Assembly (NCBI GenBank): GCA_963812675.1
Contig: CAWEWR010000006.1
Location: forward strand, 284,723 to 348,722
Direction of reading: 5' to 3'
DNA length: 64,000 bases
From: an uncultured Alphaproteobacteria bacterium
GTDB lineage: Bacteria; Pseudomonadota; Alphaproteobacteria; ATCC43930; CGMCC-115725
The translations under genes were made by a program, and so were the position numbers. Shown here in pieces: positions 19,488 through 28,306 of the stretch (the stretch's first letter is position 1; each line of letters opens with the position of its first letter). The notes under the pieces were generated by a model, which was not told where the DNA came from, ran no database searches, and saw only the letters and a list, made by a program, of their open reading frames with translations.

Positions 19488-19807
19488 TGAGCCGCGCACC
19501 TGCCAGAGTAGCAATGGCCCCGCCACATCCTGGCGCGTTCATCCGGGAGGAAATTCTCGACGAGCTCGGCTTGTCGGTGAGTGAAGTTGCAAAGGTGCTC
19601 AACGTACGCCGCGCCACCCTTTCCGACCTGATCAACGGCAACGCGGCGCTGTCGGCTGAAATGGCGCTGCGGATCGAAAAGGCATTCGGGGTGAAGATGG
19701 AGACGCTGTTGAACATGCAGGCATGGCACGACGCCTACGCGATGCGCCAGCGAGAGGGCGAGATTGCGGTTAAGCCTTACCGGCCCCTTGCCCCCGAGCC
19801 GCGCTGA
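19487..19807 (+). CDS. higA: HigA antitoxin (XRE-type HTH)
   Basis: HPGAFIREEILDELGLSVSEVAKVLNVRRATLSDLINGNAALSAEMALRIEKAFG is the canonical HigA HTH. Confidence 0.85.
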   Translation: MSRAPARVAMAPPHPGAFIREEILDELGLSVSEVAKVLNVRRATLSDLINGNAALSAEMALRIEKAFGVKMETLLNMQAWHDAYAMRQREGEIAVKPYRPLAPEPR

Positions 19808-19825
19808 TTGTCCAAAGGGTTAATA

Positions 19826-19873
19826 GGATGCAGCGCTTATTCGGCGAGCAAACACGCGATGATCGGTCTGACG
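19826..19873 (+). pseudogene. second SDR gene remnant carrying the catalytic YxxxK motif
   Basis: Translates to GCSAYSASKHAMIGLT, then diverges. Shares the 16-bp string gatgatcggtctgacg with 19057-19072. Confidence 0.45.
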
Positions 19874-19912
19874 AATGGGCGCCATGTATGCTTCGAAGCG
19901 AGGAGGTCTTCC

Positions 19913-21673
19913 ATGGCCGCTTTAACTGAAGGGCACAGTGCGTCGATCGCCGAGTTCGTTCCCGAGCTCGATCGTCTTGCCGCCGATGTCATGGCCGACT
20001 GGAAAGTGCCAGGCGCAGCTCTCGCCGTGGTGCAGGACGGCAAGCTAGCTCTCGCGAAGGCATACGGTCAGCGCGATGTCGAGGCGAACCTGCCCGTCAC
20101 CTCCGCGACGCAGTTCGTGATCGGCTCGATCACGAAATCGTTCACCGCGACCGGCGTGGCTCTCTTGCACAATGAGGGGCGCCTCGACTGGACCAAGCCC
20201 GTGCGCGACTACATTCCGGAGTTTCGTCTGAACGACCCGGTGGCGAGCGAGCGGGTCACAGTGCAAGACCTGTTGTGTCATCAATCTGGCCTGCCGCGCC
20301 ATGATTGGGTGCATCTGCCAGGCGATTGCTCGGCCGCCGAATTGCTCGGCGTCATGCGTTACCTCGAATCGAGCCGGGATATCCGGGCGGCCTGGCAATA
20401 CAACAACCTCTGTTACAACGTCGCGGGTCTCCTCATCGAACGCCTCAGCGGACAAAGCTATGGGGCGTTCACGCGCGCACGCCTGACCGACCGGCTTGGC
20501 ATGAAGGTCAGCTTCACTCTCGACGATTTTGAAGCATCGGCGGATGCCGCCCGGCCTTATATGATGCACGAAGACACGCGGCTGCCGGCCCTGCGTCTCC
20601 CGATCCGGGTCATCGCTGCCGGGGCGATCAACACCTCGGTCGCGGACATTGCGAGCTGGATGCGGCTGCACCTCGGCAAGGGCGAAATCGACGGCGAGCG
20701 ATTGCTGCCGGCCGCGCTGATCGGCGAATTGCACGCGCCGCGTATTTACAATGCATCACCGAGCTTTGTGGGGTTTGGTGAAGAGCATTATGGCCTCGGC
20801 TTCCGATCAAGCAGCTATCGCGGCGACCGGGTGGTTTTTCACGGCGGCGGCTGGATCGGCTGGGGCACGCTGATGACGCTTGTGCCGGATTTTGGCATCG
20901 GTGTCGCAGTCTTCACCAACCGCAGCCCGAGCCAAGTGCCGCCGACATTGACCTGGTATATCATCGACCGGCTGCGCGGCCGCGATCCGGTCGACTGGCG
21001 CGAACGCTTCCGCAAGCAGCGCGAGGAATCTGTTGCTCACTTTCAGGTCGACAAGGACGCGAGAGAGAAGGCCCGACACAAAGATACGCATCCTGCGCAC
21101 GAACTCGCGGACTATGCCGGCGACTATGAGCACCCCGCCTACGGCGTAATGTCGATCAAGGAGCAGGGTGGAGCGCTGCACTGGTCCTGGCGCAGCATGT
21201 TCGCGACAATGGCGCACCGCCACTATGAAACGTTCGAATTGCCCGAGGTGCCGGACCGTCTGTTGCCAGACAAGCTTGCCATCACCTTCCTGACCAATCG
21301 TGATGGTGGCATTGTCAGTCTCTCGGCGCCGCTGGAGCCCATGGTCAAAGATATTGTGTTCGTCCGTCTCGCGGCTGGCGACTGCACCCTTCCAGCTTTC
21401 CGCGAACGCTGCGTCGGCAGTTTCAAGAGTGGCGCGACGACACATCGTGCGACGCTGGATACGGAAGGCCAGCTAGTGTTGAAGCCCGACAATCAGCCAG
21501 CCTATCGCCTTGCGCCTCAGCAAGGCCGCAGGTTCCGCATCGCGGAACTGGAGGGGTTCTTCGTCGAATTTCGCGGCGAAGAGACGATCATCGGCGAACT
21601 GATCTTTCATCAGCCGAATGGCACGTTCGTCGCAAAGCGTGTGGACGAACAGGGCCCGTACCCGCCTACCTGA
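19913..21673 (+). CDS. serine hydrolase, beta-lactamase/transpeptidase-like family (class C-type)
   Basis: ATG 19913 after AGGAGG. SxxK motif in GSITKSF and YxN motif in WQYNNL. C-terminal extra domain of about 150 aa. Confidence 0.85.
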   Translation: MAALTEGHSASIAEFVPELDRLAADVMADWKVPGAALAVVQDGKLALAKAYGQRDVEANLPVTSATQFVIGSITKSFTATGVALLHNEGRLDWTKPVRDYIPEFRLNDPVASERVTVQDLLCHQSGLPRHDWVHLPGDCSAAELLGVMRYLESSRDIRAAWQYNNLCYNVAGLLIERLSGQSYGAFTRARLTDRLGMKVSFTLDDFEASADAARPYMMHEDTRLPALRLPIRVIAAGAINTSVADIASWMRLHLGKGEIDGERLLPAALIGELHAPRIYNASPSFVGFGEEHYGLGFRSSSYRGDRVVFHGGGWIGWGTLMTLVPDFGIGVAVFTNRSPSQVPPTLTWYIIDRLRGRDPVDWRERFRKQREESVAHFQVDKDAREKARHKDTHPAHELADYAGDYEHPAYGVMSIKEQGGALHWSWRSMFATMAHRHYETFELPEVPDRLLPDKLAITFLTNRDGGIVSLSAPLEPMVKDIVFVRLAAGDCTLPAFRERCVGSFKSGATTHRATLDTEGQLVLKPDNQPAYRLAPQQGRRFRIAELEGFFVEFRGEETIIGELIFHQPNGTFVAKRVDEQGPYPPT

Positions 21674-21822
21674 CAGGATGAGCGCCAACTCGCCGAATTG
21701 TTAAGCGGCAATTCTACTTCGCCGGCGGCATCGCGGAGATCCGCGAGCGAGCCGCCGTGGGTAACGTAAGTTCCTGCGGCTAGCGTCTCGCAACAATCCC
21801 GGCCTGACGCCGGGAGCGGCAG

Positions 21823-23310
21823 CTAGCGTGGCAGCGCTCCCATAATCGTCGCCGCAGTCGCGGAGCGGTAGATCCAGGCCGTATCGTGCACCGGCGCCTT
21901 GTTCGCATCGTAGCCGGCGAAATAGACCGCATCTGCATCCTGCGGAAAGGGCGAAACCCGAATCGATCGGATCGACACCAGCGCTCGACCCGATGGCACG
22001 GCGACCTGATGGAGGTCGTAATGCCCGTTGGAACGGCGCACCAGGTACCAGCCTCCGGCTTCGACGCGGCCGTAACCGACATCGACGATACCGTGACCAG
22101 GGGAGATCGGCGCGCGTGGCGGGATGAAGGCCTCGATCCCGATCAGCAGCGCCTCGCCGCCGGCCGGATCGCGGGCCTTCGCCATGTCGTTATAGGCGGC
22201 GATCACATAGCTCGCCGGCATTCCCCATTGCCGACCGAGAAAATCCGGGAGATCGAGTTCACTAGCCTCGCTGCCGTCGTGCGGATCGACGCGCACGATC
22301 CGCCCCGCGCTGCCTTCGACGGCCGCGAGCAAAACCTCGCCCTGGCCGGAGGAGCCGGGGATTGCAGTCAGGCCGCGCAAGCCGGTCTCGGAGTGGCCGG
22401 GATAGCGGTTGGTGTAGACGAGCCGCCATTGCGGTTCCGTCCCGTCGATGCGCTCGTAAACCTGCTGCCCGACGGCGGCGTAGAGGCGGCCATTGCATTC
22501 GGCAAAGCTGCTGACCCGCAGATAGCCGTTGCGGCCGGAGATTCCCGCCGACGAAACACTCGACAGGTCCAGCTCCGGGGCGGTCCGCCAGCGTATGCGG
22601 CCGGTCGCGGCCGGATCGTAAGTCCCGCTGAAGATGCCGCGCGGGTCCTGCCCGGCAAAGACCTGTTCGATGCCCGTCACCCGGTCGCGATGCCGGCCGA
22701 AGCTGCGCACCTGTGGCAGAAAACCCGGGATCGGGCGGTCCTGCGCCAGGGTCGCGGCGGCCCAGGCGCCGGTCGCGTCGTCGCGGCTGAACACCCGCGC
22801 CGTCCCGCTCAGGTCCCAGTTGGCCGCGATCAGCATCGACACCGGCGCGGGCAGCCGCGCACCGGTGCCGTCGGTCGCGAAGGTGATCTCTTCGAGGGCC
22901 GAGACGGCGAGATCGCGGCGCCGCCCGCCGGGCAACTGCTCGTCGAAGATGTGGTCGACCCTCCAGCGCGCGCCCGACCTATCGAGCACGAGGATTTCGG
23001 CGCCCTGTAAACCCTCTGGCCCCGGTCGGTCCTCCCAGTAGCCGTTGCCGGCGTAGAGTTTTCCGGCATGCGCAGTGAGGACGCGCATTTCCGTGCCGCC
23101 CATGAAGCGGCCCGCATCGTCCCGCGACCCCGGCGCGAACCAGACCGCGGAAGTTTCTTGCGGCGCCGCAGCGACAATTGCGGCCTCCCGTGCAATGCAA
23201 GCGGTAATAATAGCGGCCGAAATTCCAAGCGCGATCAGCCGCCGAAACACTTCGTCAGAACGCACGCCGCGCCCGGCGCGGGCGACACCCGCGCGTAGCC
23301 GTAAAATCAT
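21823..23310 (-). CDS. hypothetical secreted protein
   Basis: Start taken at MILRLRAG. Hydrophobic signal-like LIALGISAAIITACIA. No recognisable catalytic motif. Possibly beta-propeller-like. Confidence 0.45.
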   Translation of the reverse strand: MILRLRAGVARAGRGVRSDEVFRRLIALGISAAIITACIAREAAIVAAAPQETSAVWFAPGSRDDAGRFMGGTEMRVLTAHAGKLYAGNGYWEDRPGPEGLQGAEILVLDRSGARWRVDHIFDEQLPGGRRRDLAVSALEEITFATDGTGARLPAPVSMLIAANWDLSGTARVFSRDDATGAWAAATLAQDRPIPGFLPQVRSFGRHRDRVTGIEQVFAGQDPRGIFSGTYDPAATGRIRWRTAPELDLSSVSSAGISGRNGYLRVSSFAECNGRLYAAVGQQVYERIDGTEPQWRLVYTNRYPGHSETGLRGLTAIPGSSGQGEVLLAAVEGSAGRIVRVDPHDGSEASELDLPDFLGRQWGMPASYVIAAYNDMAKARDPAGGEALLIGIEAFIPPRAPISPGHGIVDVGYGRVEAGGWYLVRRSNGHYDLHQVAVPSGRALVSIRSIRVSPFPQDADAVYFAGYDANKAPVHDTAWIYRSATAATIMGALPR

Positions 23311-23434
23311 GCCGCTATTTTGCACTGGAATTGTGCAACGTAAAAGGGCAATCGGGGTCAGCGGTCTAGGATTGGTGCGCCTTGAGATCATGGCTCGCTC
23401 GCCGGCCCGTTATCCGCTGCGATCCGGATCGCAG

Positions 23435-24289
23435 TTACTTACCTATGCGCTGGTGCAGAAAATCGACCACTTGGCTCCACGCATCTGCGGCCGCCTCGGG
23501 GTCAGGCTTGATGGGGTGCCCCGCTAAGACGCGTGCGCTACCTCGAGCGTCAAACGCGTGGCCGGCGCCCGGATAGATCTTGAGGACGATTTGGCCGGCC
23601 TGTCCGCCGGCCGCCACGCGATCGGCATAACGGCGACACGCATCGGCTCGCGTCCATTCGTCTTCGTCGCCGATCAGGATCAGAATGGGTCCGGTCACGC
23701 CGGCCTTTGTCCAGTTGCAGCCCGGATACCACCCGATGCCGGCAGAGAAATGTTCCGGCAGATGCCACCGGCCTTGCTCCATCGCGACCAGCACGGCAAC
23801 AGCCCCGTGGGAATGCCCTTCGATGACCAGGCGGTCCGGATCGACGAAGCCCGTGCCGATAAGATAGCGGGCGGCGCTCAACGCGTCCCACGCGCGCCGC
23901 TCGGGCGAAACGGTGAGAGGTTGATTGCAGGCCTGCTCGATCCCGCGCGGCTCGAAGCTGTCGAGCACGAGTGCTGCGTAGCCCAAGCCGACGAATCGCT
24001 CGGCGTAGGTTTCGAGGAGGGGCCATCCGCCCCGACGAGGTATATGCCAATTCAGGCCGTCGCAGCCGTGCATGAGGATTGCTGCGGGAAACCGGCCCGG
24101 CCCGCTCGGCCGGAAAAGATAGCCCGCGACCGAGCTGTCAGCCGCGTCCGGCTTGCCTTCGGCGATCAGCGGAACGGCCACTTTGTCGGCACCCGCATGG
24201 GCCGGCCCTGTTGCCCACAGCGACATCAGGAGCGGCAAGGCCACGCGACTGAGGTTTCTAGCGCATGCGGAGACCGAACCCTCCCGCAT
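23435..24289 (-). CDS. secreted alpha/beta hydrolase, dienelactone hydrolase family
   Basis: Signal peptide VALPLLMSLWATGPAHA and nucleophile elbow EGHSHGA. The upstream ORF extension is derived from a pseudogene fragment on the other strand. Confidence 0.7.
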   Translation of the reverse strand: MREGSVSACARNLSRVALPLLMSLWATGPAHAGADKVAVPLIAEGKPDAADSSVAGYLFRPSGPGRFPAAILMHGCDGLNWHIPRRGGWPLLETYAERFVGLGYAALVLDSFEPRGIEQACNQPLTVSPERRAWDALSAARYLIGTGFVDPDRLVIEGHSHGAVAVLVAMEQGRWHLPEHFSAGIGWYPGCNWTKAGVTGPILILIGDEDEWTRADACRRYADRVAAGGQAGQIVLKIYPGAGHAFDARGSARVLAGHPIKPDPEAAADAWSQVVDFLHQRIGK

Positions 24290-24290
24290 C

Positions 24291-24412
24291 CTGCCGGACA
24301 AGCTTGCCATCACCTTCCTGACCAATCGTGATGGCAACATTGTCGCCTCAGAAAGGCCGAAGGTTCCGCATTGTGGAACTGGAGGGCTTCTTTGTCGAAT
24401 TTCGCGGCGAGC
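24291..24412 (+). pseudogene. internally deleted fragment of a beta-lactamase-family paralogue (C-terminal region)
   Basis: LPDKLAITFLTNRDG matches 21259-21305 of the intact gene. It then jumps to a match with 21522-21580 (RFRIAELEGFFVEFRG vs VPHCGTGGLLCRISR in a shifted frame). Confidence 0.6.
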
Positions 24413-24513
24413 CGAGCGATAACGAATTTGAGGGTGCAGAACACCCCTTAGAATCGCTCACCCGTGGTCTTCCCGTATGATGCGCCGGAATTGATGTCGA
24501 AAGGCTGGTTCCG

Positions 24514-25142
24514 ATGAGTATCGAGCTCCACACCTGGGATACCCCGATTGGCCGGAAAATCAGTGTCGCTCTTGAAGAAATGGGCCTATCCTACACAGTC
24601 CACCCCGTGAATATTTTCAGAGGCGAGCAGTTCGACCCGGCCTTTCAGAAGATCAGCCCAAACAATCGCATCCCCGCGGTCGTCGATCCCGAAGGCCCCG
24701 GCGGGGGGCCGATCAGCTTATTTGAATCCGGCGCGATCCTGATCTACCTCGCGAGAAAACCGGCAAATTTTGGCCCAAGGGCGATCTCGCCGCACAGGTA
24801 CCGGTGCTGGAATGGCTGATGTGGCAGATGGGCGGTTTTGGCCCGATCCCCCACCAGTTGAGCCACTTCCTGACGGTCGAGAACGCGGCCGACCGCCGTT
24901 ACGGCATCGAGCGCTACTCGAAGGAAACCCGCCGGCTCTATGCCGTGCTCGACAAACGGCTAGGCGAAGTTCAATTCGCCGGCGGCGACATCTCTATTGC
25001 GGACTTCGCGATTGTGGGCTGGGCTTGGCGGCATCAGCGCCATCAGATCGATTTGGCAAACTTCCCCAACGTCAAGCGGTGGTATGAGACGTTGACGGCT
25101 CGCCCGGGTGTGCAGCGCGGATTTGCAGTCGCTCTAAGCTGA
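24514..25142 (+). pseudogene. Nu-class glutathione S-transferase (YfcG/YghU-like) with 1-nt frameshift at about 24753
   Basis: Frame 1 gives ...SGAILIYLA. Frame 0 continues EKTGKFWPKGDLAAQVPVLEWLMWQMGGFGP, the canonical continuation. gcgag looks like gcggag minus one g. Confidence 0.75.
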
Positions 25143-25262
25143 GGCGCGTTGAGACTGCGCGTCCCGTCTCTGCCACCGAAGGTCTGGATTTTCGCACTCA
25201 TGGCTGGCTTCTCCGATCTGGTCTAGCAGTTGGTGGAAGCCCCGGTGCAAACGGAGTGGCCA

Positions 25263-25426
25263 CTCCCTCGCCCTGCTCGCGGGGAGAGGGTCGGGGTGAG
25301 GGGCAAACCGTCGAGCCGGAAAGATAGCGGTGTTGCGGGGCAAGGACCAAAGGCGCACCGAGCGGAGTCCGAACTCGGAAAAATGGCCCCTCACCCCGCC
25401 CTCTCCCCGCGAGCAGGGCGAGGGAG
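25263..25426. repeat. MITE/REP-like element with 41-42-bp terminal inverted repeats
   Basis: The left arm (25263-25304) and right arm (25386-25426) are reverse complements apart from one indel, with an 81-bp spacer. Related GGGGAGAGGGT-GGGTGAGGGG motifs recur at 56700-56870. Confidence 0.6.
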
Positions 25427-25589
25427 ATGGAGACTCCTGGCAAGAAATCCAGACTTAGTGTGACCGAATGCCTGCGGTTGCCGAAACAAATCATGCGGCG
25501 TCCGGCGCCGCGCGCAATTCGTCGCCACAAGATATAGACTGGTCGGACAATGACGAGCTCCATGGCCACGTAGCTGGAGGATCAGATTT

Positions 25590-25973
25590 ATGACTGAGAC
25601 GAATGACCAATTCGAAGGCAGCTGTTTGTGCGGCGCGATCCGTTTTATCGCGACCGGTGAACCGAAAGGAGTATATTGGTGCCATTGTCAAAGTTGCCGC
25701 AAGCACAGTGGCGCACCTGCTTCGGTTTTTGTCGCATTCGAACACACGGCTTATCGGGTCACACAGGGTGAGATAACGAAGTTCGATTCTACGCCGGGAA
25801 GAACGCGGCGCGGATTTTGTGCCCGGTGCGGGTCAACTTTGACCTGCGAAAGTGCGCGGTTGCCGACCGAAACGCATTTCTATGTGGGCGCATTCGATCG
25901 CGCTGCCGAATTTCAGCCAGCGCGGCATGTATTCCCTGAGGAGCACTTGTCGTGGATACACATAGATAACTGA
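25590..25973 (+). CDS. GFA family protein (glutathione-dependent formaldehyde-activating / CENP-V fold)
   Basis: Zinc-binding Cys clusters CLCGAIRF, CHCQSCRKHSG and CARCGSTL. Confidence 0.85.
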   Translation: MTETNDQFEGSCLCGAIRFIATGEPKGVYWCHCQSCRKHSGAPASVFVAFEHTAYRVTQGEITKFDSTPGRTRRGFCARCGSTLTCESARLPTETHFYVGAFDRAAEFQPARHVFPEEHLSWIHIDN

Positions 25974-26001
25974 ATGCGCGACCCAGAAAGAGATCGCGCG
26001 C

Positions 26002-26637
26002 TCATATCTCTATTTCATTTCTCTCCTCCTTCGTGAAAATTGCCCCATAGTGGTAGGGCGGCAATTCAACGATTCGGTTCGGTACGAAACCGGCAGCTCC
26101 AACAAGCACCTCGACATCGCGGGCTTCGATCCGCATCTCCGTCTGGGGTCCGCGCGGCTGTTCGAGGACCACTGTTTCCTCGCGGGGACGACGATGCCAG
26201 TTGATGACCCCGAATTGCCCTTTCGGTTTGAGGATTGCCGCGACGGCGCGCGCCAAGCCCGGCTGATCCGGGACACCGTGAAAGGTGTTGGCGAGGAAAA
26301 CGTAATCGACCGGCTCTGGCACGACTGCATCCAAAGCCATCGCGTCGGCCACGATAAAATGGCAGTTAGTCAACCCAGCCGCAGCAACGAGCGAACGCGC
26401 GCGATCGAGCAACTGAGGGTCGATGTCGATAGCATGGACGCGATCTGCAATACGGGCGAGCGGGGCCGTGAACAGCCCGTCTCCGCAGCAAAGATCAACC
26501 GCAACCGTCCCGGGCTTCACGCCCATTTCGACAAGAACATTCCCGGGATCGGGCCACAGCGCCTGCCACCAATCGACATCGGGCATCGTTGTTGCCGGGA
26601 AAAAACCGACGATCTTCCGATTCTCACATGCGCTCAA
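26002..26637 (-). CDS. class I SAM-dependent methyltransferase
   Basis: Motif I VAVDLCCGDGLF, with the acidic post-I residue in HAIDID. Confidence 0.8.
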   Translation of the reverse strand: MSACENRKIVGFFPATTMPDVDWWQALWPDPGNVLVEMGVKPGTVAVDLCCGDGLFTAPLARIADRVHAIDIDPQLLDRARSLVAAAGLTNCHFIVADAMALDAVVPEPVDYVFLANTFHGVPDQPGLARAVAAILKPKGQFGVINWHRRPREETVVLEQPRGPQTEMRIEARDVEVLVGAAGFVPNRIVELPPYHYGAIFTKEERNEIEI

Positions 26638-26650
26638 GGATCGCCATCCT

Positions 26651-27313
26651 TTGACCGCCAGGCTTCATTCAATCATTCTTGTTATTGCAAATCTCGACCA
26701 GCTTGCCCATGCGCATCGGCTCGAATTGCTCGAACATCTCGGGCAGGGCGAGCGCAGCGTCGAGGATTTGGCGGTCCGCGCGGGCCTCACCCTCGCGAAT
26801 GCATCCAGACATTTGCAGCTTCTGCGCCGCGCCGCGCTCGTAGAGGGTCGACGCGACGGCAAGCGCGTCTACTGTCGGCTCGCGGGCGAGGAGGTGGTGG
26901 TGGGTTTGCTCGCCGCCCTCAGCCGTGTTGGCGAGCGCAACAGCGCCGAAATCGCGCGCATAACGGCGAACTATTTCCGCGACGAGTTCGACCCGGTATC
27001 ACGCGATGAGTTGCTCGACCGCCTGCGCTGCGGGGCCGCGACCGTCCTCGATGTCAGGCCGGAAGACGAGTTCGCCAGCGGGCATTTGCCCAACGCCCTG
27101 AACATTCCGTTATCCCAATTAGAACGGCGCTTGGCCGAACTGCCGCCGGACCAGGAGATCGTCGCCTATTGCCGCGGCCCGTGGTGCGTCCTCTCATTCG
27201 AAGCTGTCGCATTGCTGCGCCTGCGCGGCTACCGGGCGCGGCGGATGGAAGATGGATTTCCTGAATGGAAGACGGCAGGGCTGCCCACCAACCAGGAAAT
27301 TAGAGACCGATAA
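26651..27313 (+). CDS. ArsR-family HTH regulator fused to a rhodanese domain
   Basis: HRLELLEHL...SVEDLAVRAGLTLANASRHLQLLRRAALV is the ArsR HTH. The rhodanese active-site loop is AYCRGPWCVLS. The TTG start at 26651 is tentative. Confidence 0.7.
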   Translation: MTARLHSIILVIANLDQLAHAHRLELLEHLGQGERSVEDLAVRAGLTLANASRHLQLLRRAALVEGRRDGKRVYCRLAGEEVVVGLLAALSRVGERNSAEIARITANYFRDEFDPVSRDELLDRLRCGAATVLDVRPEDEFASGHLPNALNIPLSQLERRLAELPPDQEIVAYCRGPWCVLSFEAVALLRLRGYRARRMEDGFPEWKTAGLPTNQEIRDR

Positions 27314-27326
27314 CTACCTTTAGGTT

Positions 27327-28091
27327 TTAGTGTGACGCAATACCCGCAGTTGAACCGCCATCGACCGGAAGAGCCACACCGGTGATGAAACTGGCGTCCT
27401 CAGACAGCAGGAAAGCAATGGCTGCCGCAACCTCTTCGGGTCGGCCTTCGCGGCCAATCGGATGAGCGGCGCGAATCCGCGTCACATTTTCGGGGTCCTC
27501 AAACATCGGCGCCGTCATCGGCGTGCGGATCATCCCTGGCACGACGGCATTGACGCGGACCCCGAGCGGTCCGAGCTCCAATGCCATCGTCTGGGTGATC
27601 CCCACGACCCCGTACTTCGACGCGGCATAGGGGAGGCGGTTGGGCACGCCCCTGATCCCGGCCGCGGAGCTGAGGTTCACGATTGCCGCCTGGGTTTGCG
27701 CTTGCCTCACCGCACGAGCGAAAGCCTGGCACATGTTGAACGTGCCTTCGAGGTTGACCGACAGGACGTTCCGCCAAACCTCGGGATCGGTATCCAGAAC
27801 GTTGCCGACGCCCCGGATGCCGGCGCTGTTGACCAGCCCATAGAGTTTTCCGAACCGTCGAGCCGCTCCGGACACGAACGCGGCCACCTGGTCCCGGTCC
27901 GCAACGTCGACGCCGATGCCATAAATCCTTTCGCTGTTCCCAAGTTCGGACACGACCTTATCGAGTTCTTCTTTCCGCAAATCTGCGGCGGCGATCGACG
28001 CGCCTTCGGCGAACAGCCGCCGGACGCAGGCCGCGCCGATGCCGCTGCCGGCGCCGGTTACCAAGACTGTCTTGTCTTCAAAGCGTTTCAT
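27327..28091 (-). CDS. SDR family oxidoreductase
   Basis: TGAGSGIGAA cofactor motif, NSAG, and catalytic YAASKYGVVG. Confidence 0.9.
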   Translation of the reverse strand: MKRFEDKTVLVTGAGSGIGAACVRRLFAEGASIAAADLRKEELDKVVSELGNSERIYGIGVDVADRDQVAAFVSGAARRFGKLYGLVNSAGIRGVGNVLDTDPEVWRNVLSVNLEGTFNMCQAFARAVRQAQTQAAIVNLSSAAGIRGVPNRLPYAASKYGVVGITQTMALELGPLGVRVNAVVPGMIRTPMTAPMFEDPENVTRIRAAHPIGREGRPEEVAAAIAFLLSEDASFITGVALPVDGGSTAGIASH

Positions 28092-28306
28092 TCGACTACT
28101 CCTTACGCTGGTCTTGCTTGGGATAACCTACTTAGACCGCGCAAGGAGCCGAACTAGTCCCAAAAATCGGCATGGACTTATGAGCAGCAGCCATAAACGC
28201 TACGGGGAAACCACAATCTTCTCGTCCAATCGCCTGCTTAAAACTGTGTGCCGGGTCTCAGCATCAAAATATTTTCGATAGCTGCGGTGCCGCCAGCGTC
28301 ACACCC

